This document shows, in pieces, positions 1 to 13,683 of a stretch of 64,000 nucleotides of DNA (the first letter of the stretch is position 1; each line of letters opens with the position of its first letter). This stretch comes from Isurus oxyrinchus (lineage: Eukaryota): assembly GCA_026770705.1 (NCBI GenBank), contig JANJGN010000017.1, forward strand, positions 41,664,001-41,728,000, read 5' to 3'. A program made the translations under genes and the position numbers. The notes beneath the pieces were generated by a model. It was not told the DNA's origin. It saw only the letters and a list, made by a program, of their open reading frames with translations, and ran no database searches.

Positions 1-427
1 TTTTTACAAGGTTCTATAGCTTTTCTGATTGAATTGTAGTCTAGAAATTACCCCTGGCCAAATGAACAGATGAGCTCTGCAAGCGGACAAGTTTAACTTC
101 TGATCTTAATTTATAAGGGACTATATATATCAAATTGCCTGTCCACAATACAGCCTGCTAATCTTTCCATTGAAATTAGTATGTATAATGAACTCTGATA
201 GTCTATCATCCACCATTGCTGAAAATTGAAGTACCCACCACATGGGTACTTCTTGAAATATTGCACTTCATTGTCCACTGTTTTAATGTAAGCATTAGCG
301 TATTTATTTAAATGTAAATTAGTATAATAAATGTAACACAGTAGACATACTCATATTCTATAAATATCCTAAGTCTTCATCTGCTTCTATTGCCAACAGT
401 ATATATTTTCTATGACATGGTGCCTAA

Positions 428-3400
428 ACACATTGGTACCAACAATATAGTAGAAAAATGGATGAGGTCCTGCTCAACATAAAAACAAAAACACCTGGAA
501 AAACTCAGCAGGTCTGGCAGCATCTGCGGAGAGGAGCAAGGACCTTTGAAGTCCTGCTGGCTGAGTTTGGAGAGTTAGGAAAGAGATCAGCAAGCAGCAC
601 CTCAAAGGTAGTAATCTCCGGATTACTTCCAAGGTCACGTGCTAGTGAGTATGGAAATTGGAGAATACACCAGATGAATGCGCAGCTGGAGAGGTGGTGA
701 TGGAGGAAGGGCTTCAGATTTCTGAGGCATTGGGACCAGTTCTGGGGAAGGTGGGATCTATACAAGCAGAACAGTCTACATTTGAATGGGACCGGATGAA
801 TGTCCTTGCAAGGAGATTTGTTAGTGTTGTTGGGAGGGTTTAACCTTGATTGGCAGAGGAATAAGAACCTGAGGGCAGATTCAGAGAGGATAAATTCAGA
901 GCAGGGAGCAGGAGACAGAAAATTAGCGGGTGACTCTGAAAGACAGAAGAAGCAAAGGTTAAAAGGTTTACAGCACAGGAATTTGGCAATGTTAAAAGGT
1001 ATTTATTTAAATGCAAGGAGTTTAGCAAACAAAGCCGATGAGCTGAGGGCACGGATAGACAAGGCAGCATGATATCATCGCTATAATGGAAACTTGGCTT
1101 AAAGAGGGGAAAAAATGGCAGCTCAACATCCCTGGATATAGGGTTTTCAGGCAGGATAGAAAAGGGTCTAAAAAAGGTGGGGGTGTAGCATTATTGGTTA
1201 AAGAATCAATTACAACTGTCAGGAGGGATGATAGACTAAATGAATCATCAAGTGAGGCCATATGGGTTGATCTGAGGAATATAAAGGGGGCAGCCACACT
1301 ACTAGGAGTGTACTATAGATCGCCAAATAGTGAGAAGGAGATAGAGGAGCAAATATGTAGGCAAATTTCTGAGTGCAAAAACAGTTGGGCGATAATAGTT
1401 GGGGACTTCATCTACCCTAATATCGCCTGGGATACACATGGTGTAATAGGCACAGAGGGCACAAAATTCATGAACTGAGAGGGAGTGCGATTCTAGATTT
1501 AGCATTAGGAGATGAATCCGGGCAAGTGAATGGAGTAGCAGTGGGCGCTGTTTTGGAGACAGTGACCATAATGTAGCTAGATTTAATGTAATTATGGAAA
1601 AGGATAAATATAGAACAGGAGTAAATGTTCTAAATGGGGGAAAGACAAATTTTATGAAGCTGAGAGGAGTTCTGGTGAAAGGGGGTTGGTTATAGCTATT
1701 TGAAAGGAAATCAGTGACAGATCAGTGGGAGGCATTCAAAAGCAAGATTCTGTGGGCATAGTGTATACATGTCCCCACAAAAAAAAGGACAGTACAGCCA
1801 AATATAGAGCCGCCTGATTATCTAGAAGTATACAAGGTAAGATAAAGTAGAAAAAGAAGGCTTATGACAGTCACAAAAACCTTAATACTGTAGAAAGCCT
1901 AGAAGAGTATAGAGAGTACAGGAGTGAAGTAAAAAAGGTAATTAGGAAAGCAAAGGGAGGATATGAAAAACTATTGGCAGGTAAAATCAAAGAAAACCCA
2001 AAGATGCTTTACCAGTACATTAAGAGCAGGAGAGTAACTAAGGGAAGGGTAGGGCTGATTAGAGATGCACAAGGTAACTTATGCGTTGATGCTGAAGATG
2101 TGGGCATGGTTCCCAATGAGTACTTTGTCTCTGTCTTCACTAAGGAGAGGGATTATTCAGATATTCTAGTTAAAGAGGAAGAGTGTGAAATATTAGATAC
2201 AAAAAGCATAGTGAGAGAGGATGAACTGGAAGGGCTAATATCCTTGAAGGTGGATAAATCACCAGGGCCAGATGGATTGTATCCTAGGCTGTTAAAGGAA
2301 GCGAGAGAAGAAATAGGGGATGCTTTGAGGATCATTTTCCAACCTCACTAGATACAGACAATGTACCAGAGGATTGAAGGTCTGCGAACATTGTACCATT
2401 ATTTAAAAAGAGTGCCAGGGATAGATCAAATAATTGCAGGCTGGTCAGTCTGACTTCTGTGGTGGGCAAATTATTAGAATCAATTCTGAGAGACAGGATA
2501 AACTGTCACCTAGAAAGGAATGGATTAATCAGGGATAGTCAGCGTAGTTTTGTTAGGAGAAGGTCATGTCTTAAAAATTTAATCAAATTTTTTGAGTGAG
2601 TAACAAGGAGGCTTGATGAGGGTAGTGCAGTGGGTGTTATCTACATAGATTTTAGTAAGGCATTTGACAAGATCCCACATGGCAGACTGGTCAGAAAAGT
2701 AGAAGCCCATAGGATACAGGGGAATGTGGTGAGTTGGATTCAAAATTGCTCAGTGACAGGAAACAAAGGATAATGGTTGATGGATGTTTTTGTGAATGGA
2801 AAACAGTTTATATTGGTGTTCCACAGGAATCAGTGTTGGTTCTCTTGCTGTTTGGTGTATACATTAATGCTTTGGACTTAAATGTGGGTGGTATGATTGG
2901 GAAATTTGCAGATGATAGTGGAAAGGATAACTGTTGTCTCCAAAATTATATCAAGGGTTTGGTTGAGTGGGTGGAAAATTGGAAGATGGAACTCAATTCA
3001 GAGAGGTGTGAGGTAACGCATTTGGGGAGGGCAAACAAAGCTATGGAATACACATTAAATGGGAGGATATTGGGAAGGGTAGAGGAAGTGAGAGATCTTG
3101 GTGTGCATGACCACATGTCCCTGAAGGTAGCAGGACAAATGGATAAGGTGATAAAGAAACCATATGGAATACTTTCCTTTATTGGATGAAATATAGAATA
3201 CGAAAGTATGGACGTAATGCTGGAACTGTATAAAATGCTGGTTAGGCCACAACTGAAATTTTGTGTATAGTTCTGGCCGCCACATTACAGGACGGATATA
3301 ATTGTTCTGGAGAAGGTGCAGAGGAGGTTTACAAGAATGTTGCCAAGGCTTGAAAATTGTAGCTATGAGGAAAGATTGGATAGGCTGAGGTTGTTTTCCT

Positions 3401-3811
3401 TGGAACTAAGGAGGCTGAAGGGTGACTTGATTGAGGTATACAAGATTATGAGGGGCCTAGATAGAGTAGACAGGGATGCCCTGTTTCTCCTAGCAGAAAG
3501 TTCAATTACCAGGGGGCACAGATTTAAGGTGATTGGTTGAAGGATTAGAGGGAACATGAGGAAAAATTTCTTCACCCAGAGGGTGGTAGGTGTTTGGAAT
3601 TCGCTGCCTGGTTTGGTGGTAGAGGCAGGAACCCTCAACTCACTTAAAAGGTACCTGGATCTGCACCTAAAGTGCTGTAGCTTGCAAGGCTACGGACTGG
3701 GTGCTGGAAGCTGGGAGTAAAATGGGCAGCTAGTTTTTTTCTTTTTTGGCCGGTACAGACGCAATGGGCTGAATAGCCTCTTTCTGTGCAGTAACTTTTC
3801 TATAGTTCTAT
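428..3811 (+). mobile_element. CR1-type LINE, 5'-truncated and decayed (ORF1 esterase remnant, APE endonuclease, RT, 3' tail)
   Basis: ORF1-like HIGTNNI...DEVL...VVISGLLP. Endonuclease motifs YLNARS, ETWL, RQDR..KGGGVALL, VGDF.YP. RT motifs KSPGPDG, GVPQ.SVL, FADD. The 3' end is the CR1-type ...gaatagcctctttctgtgcagtaacttttctatagttctat. Many stops and frameshifts. Confidence 0.92.
475..546 (-). mobile_element. Short PLE-derived fragment inserted in CR1 ORF1
   Basis: Contains cctggaaaaactcagcaggtctggcagcatctgcggagag, shared with the hammerhead-bearing family at 11058, 23473 and 63102. Flanked by tgaggtcctgct (463-474) and tgaagtcctgct (547-558), a 12-bp TSD with 1 mismatch. Confidence 0.75.
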
Positions 3812-3959
3812 TTGAACTAATTTCTGTAGACATGCACTATTGTTATGTAGCCTAGCAATTTCTTTTAAAAATTATTTTGACACATTCTCTGCACATTGAT
3901 TGTAATCCAGCTACTAGTGTCAACTTGGTAATTTGAGTTTAACTGCGACTGGCGCTTCA

Positions 3960-4230
3960 TCGCATTGAGGGATTGCTATGTTGTCGGCGATGTAATCTTT
4001 TAAATGAGCTATTAAACTGTCTGCCTGCTCCAGTAGATTTAACAGATCCCATGGCACTATTTAAAGGACAGGAAGTTCTCCCGGTGCCCTGAGCACTTTG
4101 ACCTCATATACTAGTACCAAAAATGAATTAACTGTTCATTGGTTTACCATTTGTGAGAGCTTGCTGTGCACATATTGGTTGCCTACACAATTTCTAAAAG
4201 TAGTAAATTGGCTACCAAATATTTGTAGTG
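3960..4230 (+). mobile_element. Deu-domain SINE (SacSINE1/AmnSINE1-like), old copy
   Basis: gatcccatggcactattt...gttctcccggtgccctg...tttgtgagagcttgctgtgcacatattggttgcc resembles the DeuSINE central domain as I recall it. Boundaries approximate. Confidence 0.65.
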
Positions 4231-4267
4231 TTTTGTAGGATATGATTGTTTCCTAATGAAAATTCAC

Positions 4268-4314
4268 GATGGGCTGAAGGGCCTGTTTTTGTGCTGTATA
4301 ACTCTATGACTCTA
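4268..4314 (+). repeat. Isolated CR1/HE1-type 3' tail
   Basis: gatgggctgaagggcctgtttttgtgctgtataactctatgactcta: a CR1-like 3' stem-loop plus short terminal repeat. Confidence 0.65.
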
Positions 4315-5779
4315 CAAAATTCTTTCTTTCCATGTCTTTCTCTAGCTCTCCCTGTGTTAATTTAATTCCATTCATTGTATACTTATTTTGTTAATCTACT
4401 CATTGGAATCTGCTAAGTCTTTACTGTATTAATTAGTTACCATAAGTAACAATAAAAACATAAAAAGTTTTGCTAAGTTAATGAAAGTGTTAAATGATTA
4501 GAATACTTGAAAAATCCCCGAGCAGTCTCTATGGATAACTCTGTGAATTTTCGGCACACAGCAATTTTCTTGGATTGTTTATTCTAAAGAGGAGCATTTA
4601 ACATTTCCCAGGAAAATCTCAGCTTGTACACAACCCATTCAGTCTGAAGTTTCCTTCTATGCTGAAGCAAGGTTTGAAGCATGAAAGTTGTGAGTGCTCA
4701 GCACACAGCTAAAGCGATGGGCTGAATCAAAACCTGGTGGGTTGGGGTCATGTCAGAGGTTAAAATGCAAACATCTGGAACCGAAAACAAACATGCCTCC
4801 AACCCACTCACTTCCAGTTTAACCAAGGTGGGACAAGGACCAATGGTCAACTTGCTTGTGTGAAGTAAATTGGTCAATTAAATACTATAATGAGGCTCTT
4901 GACTTTAACAGTCATTCTAATTTTAACCATAGGTAGCCGGGTTTCCCAAGTCTCAAGAAACTTGGCAGTTTAAAGGAGGCGAGATGGGTTTGTAAGGGAT
5001 TGGGACACTACAACGCCTTGGACCAACATGTGCCCCCCCCCCCGCCCCCACCACAATTGGGTAACCTCTGATTGGGACTCCTGGACTATCATCTAACCCT
5101 CCCCCCATCTCCGCAATCCCCTCACCGTGATTGGGACCCCAGACACCCATGGGGACTTCCTCTGCAATCCAGACCCCCCTACCCCATGATCTTTCTTATT
5201 CCCCCAATACATTGACCTGCTCACATAAACTTTGGCCCTGTGAAACTTCCCGCCTGAAACACCTCCAGCCTGTCAGTCATGTAAGCTGTAGTGACCTCAC
5301 AACCAATTATAAAGTGACTCACAAACCTAGGCTCATTGATGACTTAGAGAGATTGTGGCCCAGAAATTTGATCGCACTATGCACTTTTTTTAGGTGCTAA
5401 ATGAATGCATATGCCACAAATATGGTGTGCAAGTTGTCTTCACACATTTTGAATCTGAGGTGCATCAGCCACCATATTGGAACTGTCTTCTCCAGAATGT
5501 ATGTTGAAGGTGACGAACGTATGAACGGAAAGTAAGAGAACAATAATTTTTCCTTGCCAACCCTTTTTGTGACATTGCAGTCATGTCTTTGGAGCTGAGC
5601 TTCTGGCAATGACCTCCTTAGTGACCCTGGTGGCAGAGTTGTTGCCTGTGGGGAGGGAGGAGGATCTTTCTCCTCCTCTCTATTGTTTGTTCAGGGCTTC
5701 CAAGGTAGCATGGGAGAACCTAGGTATCTAATCTGTAGGGCCAGATGTCATTTCTCGCTTTACAAGCTTTCCCTCCAGA

Positions 5780-7176
5780 TTGAGTGCACCTCCCCTTGAA
5801 CCCCTACTGGGGTTATGTTTTAGTTGTCCATCTGAGCTGACCTGCATCTCCGCCCACCACTGATTGCACTCCCATGCAACACCCCTGCCTGTCCAACACG
5901 AGGCTTCGCTCACTTTCGATTTTGACAGCCTGGTTCTCGTTAACTTTCTGGTCAGCACCTCCATCCTTTCTTCTCCTTCAGTCAACCACTTCCTTTCCCC
6001 CATCACTGTTGGGCCCCCTGGCATCACCCCACCTTCCCACCATCACCTATCAACCTGGACCCTTTTCGTTCCAGGGTGTTCAGGTGAACATGCACGTTTC
6101 CTACCTTCATAAGAATCCCATCCTGTCCACATTGACCTCCCTGCCCTCCTCCCTCCCACCTCCAGAGTCCAAATCTGTCTCCAAGTCTCCACCAACCGTC
6201 CTCTTCTTCATTCCTACCGCTACTGTCACACCCTCACCCTCCCACTTTTCCGGCTCACTCCGCCCCCTCTTATGCTCACCATTCCCTCCTACCATGCCCA
6301 ACCTCAGTTGACACCACAGACCTCTCCCATGCATGTTCACCTGGACATCCCCCCAACTTACTCCTTCCTCCACCCTTACTCCCTTCTCCACCCTTACTCC
6401 ATCCTTCTCAGAGACTCCTTCCCTCCTTCCTCCCCCCTGAACTCCTTCCCCCCTCCGAGCTTCTTCCCTTATACCTTCCTTCCCCCCTTACACCTACCTC
6501 CCCACTTGCCGTGTTCTCCCCATTTACACCCTCCTCCCCCGCTGTACCTCGCCCCCTCCCTCCCAACCTCGCCCCCCCGACACCTTCATTATCCCACAAC
6601 CTCAGCACCCCCCTCCCCCAGTACACCTCCCTCTCTCATTCACAGCTGCGCCTTCCTCTCCCCCCACCTCTCTGATCATCCGTAGCAGCCCATGGTCAAG
6701 ACTGTGATGTTCTGAAGTAGAGCTGAGACATCAGTGGAGATCTCCCACCTTCCGTGAGCTGCTTAGCAGTGGAGCCGTGCCCATGAGAACCCATCCAGCA
6801 TGTGATGTACGTGTTCCTCCAGGGACTGGTTGCTGTGGGGCTCCAGCATCTTCTGCTCCTCGGATTTCCTTGATGTGCGCAAAGTCCTAACAGTAAGTCC
6901 TGACTTCTGCACATCACACTTGTCGAGGCATGTTCTGGGCTGGCATATTTTCCTGCTGGCGCAATGGTAAATTTGGCATGGGGAGACGATTCCGGTCAGG
7001 CCTTACTTTGCATCCCATTAGCAGGCATTGAAGTTCCGCCATGGTGGACACCATCGGATGTTCCAGCTGTGCTTTCACGTCGGCATGAAACTGATTTTTG
7101 GCCACCTTGTTATATTATCCCGTCCTCTTCGCCCGCTATGGCACCCGATGCCAACGGGGCCAGAAAATTCCGGCCT
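5780..7176. mobile_element. Non-autonomous Harbinger-like element with a long polypyrimidine tract; homologous to 50327-51970 in opposite orientation
   Basis: 6740-6960 is the reverse complement homologue of ~50590-50790, and 5950-6380 matches ~51100-51900. Right end ...ccagaaaattccggcc resembles the GGCnGGAwTTT TIR-like termini seen elsewhere in the window. Confidence 0.55.
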
Positions 7177-7344
7177 TTGTCAGTGGGGTCGGATGCTGGT
7201 AGCTGATTTTGGGAAACACAATGCATATATACAGAGGAACTGAACAGTGGCAACTCACAGGTGGACTTGGATTGATGTGGGATATTTGAAGTCCTGCTGA
7301 TTTCAAGCATGGACAGCATGCACATGGGATTCAGTAACTGTGGT

Positions 7345-8195
7345 GTCAGGAAAATATAATAATTTTCATAATGTTCTTGGAATTTATTGTAAGTATAGGA
7401 AGTGTGTGTGATTGTGTGTGACTTAACTGAATTAAAGGCAGCTGGTCTGAAGGCTTTGATGCATCAGAAGACAAGCTAGGAATGAAATGTTAACGAGGTA
7501 AACATGGTTAAAGTTGTAGAATATGAGGCATAAAAGGAAAATTTGCATTTTTAGATAGACCTGAGTAGCGAATTTCAAAGAGGTGGTAAGGTGTTACACC
7601 TAGCCAACAGAGACTAAGTCAAACAGTATTCCCAAAGCTTACTGATAAAATTGGCACTATGAAATATTTTTATGACTAGAAAAGTAGAGTTGAAAATACA
7701 TATTGAAACAATGGGATTTATGTTAAAAAGGAAGACATATATATAAAAGAGATGAGGTTATGTGTAAGGAAAGAAGGAATTCTAAGATCTAACACATGTG
7801 AAAAGCCTCCAGCCTCTGTTGCTGTCTACATGAATGGAAGTGAAGAAAACTCAATTTGAATTCGACTGTTGAGGGTATCATTTACTTTGGTTGGGTCTTT
7901 TAAAATCTATTTGTTTTACTGTTGCCTTAAAGGAGGTGTAGCTGGGAGTTCATTAACTAAGGGAGCTAGGAGTTATCATAGTAGTAATTTGTAAACCTAT
8001 ATAGGTGCTTAAAATCATTTTTTTAAGATTTACTAAAGGCTTAATTTAGTTTTGTAAGAATTCTTTAAGATTCAGTGGTCTTATTAATACTGAATTCAAG
8101 GCATGCAACTAGAAATAAATACAAATTGTAAAATAGTTGTGGCAGTTGTTTCAAGTTTCCCTCAGGGATTTGAACAGCTCAGCATTTATCATCCA
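7345..8195 (+). mobile_element. Possible solo LTR
   Basis: Starts tgtcagg..., with a composition and TATA/AATAAA-like motifs resembling LTRs. No TSD or partner LTR found. Confidence 0.3.
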
Positions 8196-8984
8196 TATAC
8201 AGTAGATACTTGTTATTTATGCCTCTTGCAATCCAATTTGCAAAGTTTGAAGGAATATTCCAGAATAACACCCATATATATGCATATTCTTGAGTATTTG
8301 AGTCAAAAATATCTCCAAACTAATTAAAATTGAAAATTCTAAATTAAAATACCATGTTGGCCTTCCCAATTGAGGTTGCTATTTTTATGTTCTTTCTGCA
8401 GCTGGATATTGAAATGCAAAGTCTTTGGCTTTAGCTCCCAGCATCTTCCTCTGCCACTCTCTGCTTTCAATAGAATAGTGTGGGGGAGTGAAGGAAGCCA
8501 TGCTAAGGGAAGAAATGTCACCATTCAGTGGCCAAGTTTGAAAAATATAGTGGTCATAATACAGTAAGCTTTTCATAAAAGATTTTGGAGAGAAATTTCT
8601 TTTAAACAAGTTCATAGTTGTATTTTCTATGCAGTTGATCAAATATATATCTGTTGTAAAGCCTTACCCTGAAATGTTTTATGAAGCCAGTTTTCTTTCG
8701 AACTAATTAAATTGCAATTTATTAAAATGTATCGGCTTCCTAAAAGGACTATAAACTATTAATTAAAGAGCTGATAGTTAACTTGATGGAATAGTAGCTA
8801 GGCAAAACAGGCAGTGGACTGAGAATTATGCGTTTTCTTGGACGCAGAACCTGTTGTGATCAGACTTGAATAGAGGAGGGAATAAGTTTGCTTCTAACAT
8901 TACAATTCTTTGCAGTACCCTGCACCCAGAATATATGCAGCACCACAAAAGAAGTCCAGTGCAAGAGAAGGTGCCATTACTAAT

Positions 8985-9590
8985 TGGCTGAAACTTCCTC
9001 CAATTAACCATTAGAAAGACCAATGTAATCATCTTCAGCGCGCACTACATACTCTGTTGCTTAGCCATTGATTCTATCCCATCCATGGCCACTGTTTCAG
9101 CATGAACGTGGCATTCTATTCAACCCTTAGCTGAGTTTCTGACCACATATCTTCTCCAACATAAAGACCTTTTTACTCCCACATCCATCTAACCGCCCGT
9201 CTCCACCCCTGCTTCAGCCCACCTGTTGCTGAAACTCTGATGCATACTTCTTATCTCAACTATTCAAACGCTTTTCTGATCAGCTTCCCATCTTCCATGA
9301 GCTTAAGGCCAACCAAAACTCTGCTTTGCTTACCCTAACTCGCACCGAGTCCCGTTCACCCACCATCCCTGTGCTCGCTAACCTACATTTTTTCCTGACC
9401 CACCAATGGGTGATTTTAAAATTTTTAATTGCTTCATGGTCTCGCCACTCACTAGCTCTGTATCATCCTACAAACCTCTGTGTTCCTCCGACTATGGCCT
9501 CTTATGCAGCGCCCTCTTCATTCGCCGCATTATTGGTGGCCATGCCTTAAGCTGTCTGGGTCTTCAGCTCTGGAATTCCTGGAAATTCTG
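8985..9590 (+). mobile_element. L2-type LINE 3' RT fragment, decayed
   Basis: Degenerate NFLQL..KT..I.F, L.YSN..L..LP and LTRTESRSPTIPVLANLH (cf. L2 ..HITPVL..LHWLP). Confidence 0.7.
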
Positions 9591-11057
9591 GAAAAACTCT
9601 CCAACACTGCTGATTTTAGATCTCTAGTGGTGTAGTTTTGAAAACTTTTTGTTAATTTCTCTTGGTCCCAGTGGAGAGGTTAAGTGTAATTTCTGTACAA
9701 ATATTATCTGATGGTCCAGAAATGAATAGTATTTGTCAAAAGTGCCAGAACTAACATTATTGCATTACATCAGCATTAGAAAATACATTTAACGTGTGAT
9801 GATCTTGTGTGTACAAGCCAACAGCTTTGGCTTTGTGGGGTGACAGTGGAAGTGCGGTCAGGCAGTGCAGAGCCCACTTTCATCAGCCTTGTATTCAGTG
9901 AGAATTCTGGGCTATTCACGGGCAATATTAGAAGATCAAGCAGCAAGGGACATGGGTTGCTGTGGTTGCACATAATCCGCAGTGCAAAATTACAGGACGT
10001 TTTGGGGTAATACAGAGGATAGTTGAGGTCACACTGATTACACTGATTTCTGTCATCTAATGCTGAGGCATAGACTTGGGTTGCAAACACTTAATGTTGG
10101 TATGAAACTCTGATGGTTGGCTTGCCTGCTTATGCCTACATGCTGTGAAAGTTTACGCCAAAGGGAATACTGCGATCCAGTGAAACCTGTGTATCATGTC
10201 CAGACCATGCCTTTTTGCGAAAGTAAAAATGAAGAAATTGTTATTATCTTGCAACTTAATTGACTATCATGTCCTTTATTCAAGTGTGCACTGCAACTGT
10301 CTGGTATAATAGATGTCTCCTGGGGGGCTTAAGGATGGATGCGTTTATATAATTGATCCATATCTGCTGGAGGAACTATGGACAAGATTTTCAAGCTCAC
10401 TTCGAGGTGAGCATGGAGGCGGCCAGACGCAAAGCTTGCTGGCTGCACTGTGTCCCCAGACCATTTTCCCAGAGGTGGGATCAAAGTCGGCAGGGCTACC
10501 CATCAGCAAGCGGCTGATAGTCAAGTGAGGATGGTTAAAGGCCTATTAAGGCCTAATGTCAGAGGCAGATTAGAATTTTCCAGGGGCCCTCGAGGCATCA
10601 GGGAAAAGGCCAGCTGCCTGAAAGTGGACCTCCTGGCAGAAGACTGGAGCAGGATGGGGTAGGGGAGTGCTCCCAAGTCAGGGGTTTGAAGGTTGCCTCT
10701 GCTTGCCTGGCCACAACTGGCTGCCCCCATCACAATGGTGGTCTGACTGCTGAGGACAATTTTCAAACTTAAAAGTTTAGTAAGTTGGAAAGAAGCAACT
10801 CAAGATGGAGACGCCGTCTCTCTTTCTCTTGCCTGAACTGCAGGCTGCAGCTTAATTGGAGAGCTGCTTTTGACCCTGCAGCTTCGAGAGTTCATCTGAG
10901 CCTATCCTCTGGCCAGTAATCAGCCAATTTGGGGAAATTAATTCCAGTGATCATTTCATACACAATGTGGGGTTGTGGACCCCCCCTCCCCCCCCCCCTC
11001 CCCCCCCCCAACCCCCCATTTGACCCCCACATAATGTTCCCAATCCAAAGGGCACAA

Positions 11058-11295
11058 AGGTACAGGCAAAATATTTCAGATGCTGGAAATCTGAAACAAA
11101 AACACAAAATACTGGAAAAACTCAGCAGGTCTGGCAACATCTGTGGAGAGAAAGACAGAGTTAATGTTTCAAGTCCGTATGACCCTTCTTCATAGCTCTG
11201 AGGAAGAGTCATACAGACTCAAAACGTTAACTCTGCCTTTCTCTCCACAGATGCTGTCAGACTGGCTGAGTTTTTACAGCATTTTTTGTTTTTTC
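11058..11295. mobile_element. Fold-back (palindromic) PLE-derived element with degenerate hammerhead motifs
   Basis: Inverted arms centred on AGCT (11194-11197) with no spacer. The left arm carries an extra ~35-nt tail. TSD tccaaagggcacaa (11044-11057) / tccaaatggcacaa (11296-11309). Right-arm motif CTGAGGA-A-GAGTC-atcaa-type loop (ataca)-GACTC-AAAAC-GTTAAC. Confidence 0.8.
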
Positions 11296-12920
11296 TCCAA
11301 ATGGCACAATCTTGCTCTTTGTTTCAAAAGTTCTATATTTGATGCTTCACAGCATCACATGGCACAACTCTGTGGTAGCCTGCTATGTGAAGCAGAGGTG
11401 TCTCTGTTGACATGGCCAGGAGTAGATCCCAGGGTAGCGATAGGCATAGCAGAATGTCTCAGGCCATTGTTTCTCAGGAATTCTTTCCCTTATTTCAGTT
11501 ATGCAGTGTATTCAGAACCATAAAGGAACAATCAACATTCCCTCTTCATGGTACCATGTCAAAGTCATCAGTACGCAGGCATAATGCCGAAAGGTAATCG
11601 TGGAAAGATAAACAAAAATCACAAAAATATAGAGGCCTTTACAATAACTCCAAAGAAAACATGAACCGAAGTGCAGCCAAGGCACATAGAGGATGAAAAA
11701 CTAAGAGAGGTTTGTATTGTCTTCTTTTGCAAGGTCTTCTTGTGTGGGCATTGTCCCTAACATTCCAGTGTGTCCAATTTTTAAGGACAAGCCTGATGCT
11801 GAGGTTTGGTCTTGCCCAAAGTTGTGAAATCGGGGCACTAAAATATTGAAAAAGGATTTGTATATTTGAGTGAAGGTGCAGGCAGCAGTCAATTTCGCTT
11901 TTTACCCCAAATCATGGGGAGTAAAACAAAGACTGAATGCGATGTCCTGCTGTTAGATTGAGGCCTCACATTCTGAGCTTGAGGCCTGAAACAGTTAAGA
12001 TCTTGCATTTTTTTACTATTTTGTACATCAGCAGCACTTGCTTTAACAATGTTTTGAAATGTAAATTGACTGAATTATGAGCAGGTACAATTGAACAAGT
12101 GAGTTTCTTTAGTTATAAAACAGCAGCATGATAATATTGATTGCAAATACTTCCTTTTGCCTGCTTTTAGCTTTTGAGAGTACAAGAAAACGTTCAATGC
12201 TACTACACAGCAACACCTTACCAAAAGATTACATGGTGCAGGGAGCCCTGATGTTAGGGGACATATCAGGGAGGTTTTGCTGCAGGAACTCCAGTTATTT
12301 TCTATTTGTTTACCATGGCTCTCAGAAATGGTGCCATTCAGGTCACCCAGGGAAGTGCTGGAGATGTAGAATGTTTAGAAACACAAAACCATGAAAATGC
12401 AGAGAGGAACATACAACCTTTTAACACAAATCAGACATTGCTGGATTCACTAGTATTTTGGAATTGTATTGCTTAACAAATGGAATCAACATTTTTCAAC
12501 TGAAGAAAATCTGTGATAAGATCTTTATTGTGAAACTTTATTTTTTTTACTTGTCCTCATTTAGGCAGTTGTTTTACCTCTTAAGCTATCAGTTTAAAAG
12601 TTAATATATGCCCCCTATAATGTTATGTATATTTTCCTCATTATTAAAGCCATGCAGCTCCCTCAATGATTTCCCTCAAAGAATAATGTCTAGTTCTCCA
12701 TCAATAATGGGGCATCCATTTACTGCTTCTCACTACGCTATACAGTTTGATTATTGTTTTTTGAAGATTGGTGCAATGCCTTTGATTTTACTGTTTAAAA
12801 ATTTGTTTTTTCACCAGGCCCTTGCATTGGAAAGTAGTTCACAGTTATGTGGTAATATTTTTAAAAGGTATTTATCTTCTTTTTGAGTCCATTTTTACAC
12901 AGCTTCTCGAATGAGTCAGG

Positions 12921-13025
12921 TGCTCTGAAGAAGAGTCATACGGACTCGTAACATTAATTCTGTTTCTCTCTCCACAGATGCTGCCAGGCCTGCTGAGCTT
13001 TCCCAGAATTTTCTGTTTTTATTTT
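12921..13025 (+). mobile_element. PLE-derived single arm with degenerate hammerhead
   Basis: CTGAAGA-A-GAGTC-atacg-GACTC-GTAAC followed by tctccacagatgctgccaggcctgctgag...; same family as 11058. Confidence 0.7.
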
Positions 13026-13664
13026 AAATGAGAAGGATGCCAGGCATGTGTGTGTGCTGAGTGAAGCCGTGGATGGGATGATGAGGTGATCTGCAGAGGA
13101 GATGAGGCCAGGTGGAGATGTGAGGGTGTATGTGAGAGAGCAAGTGGTGATGTCCCTTGAGCTGGCAGTGACTGAGATGCCAATGAATGTGTGATGGGCT
13201 TGTGAGTGGGTGAGTTGAGAGTGATGAGATGGTTGACTTACCTTGCTGGATGAGATCATTCATCCTATTTCTGCACTGGATGGCCGATCTCTTGTCTGCA
13301 GTGTTGGCACTGACCACCGCAGCCACCGCTTCCCAAGCCCAAGGAGACTAATGGGCCTCCTGAGACCAGAGCAGAGGTAGAGAGTGGTGGTCATCCACAT
13401 TGACCAAAAGATATTCAAGGGATAAGTCACTGTAGTAATTGTAGCTTTCAGGGATGTAGTGATTGTAGCTTTAAGATTTATTGTGTTGTATAGTATCACG
13501 TGACAGTGTGAATGAATCAGCTCTAAGCGTGGGGCATCTTGGAGCAGCAGTTCTTCTTCTAGTTGTGGAGCTCGATGGAAGCATGTAACTGCTGCTGCAA
13601 CCTGTAAATAATTATCGATATTTCTAATGAGAAACCTGTCTTGAAAATCAAGTCCATATCAAAC

Positions 13665-13683
13665 TGGCGATGAGGATGGGATT
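13665..13683 (+). promoter_or_regulatory. Primer-binding site complementary to the tRNA-Ser(GCU) 3' end
   Basis: tggcgatgaggatgggatt versus the expected TGGCGACGAGGATGGGATT (one CpG-type transition), starting after a 3-nt gap following the 5' LTR. Confidence 0.85.

Noticed and set aside
11499-11709. Exon-like stretch (tttcag acceptor, purine-rich, ending ..EDEKLRE|gtttgt) resembling an upstream CPXM2 exon
   Set aside because: Stops occur in all three frames just before the donor (e.g. TGA at 11662), and the CPXM2 exons that should follow are not present.
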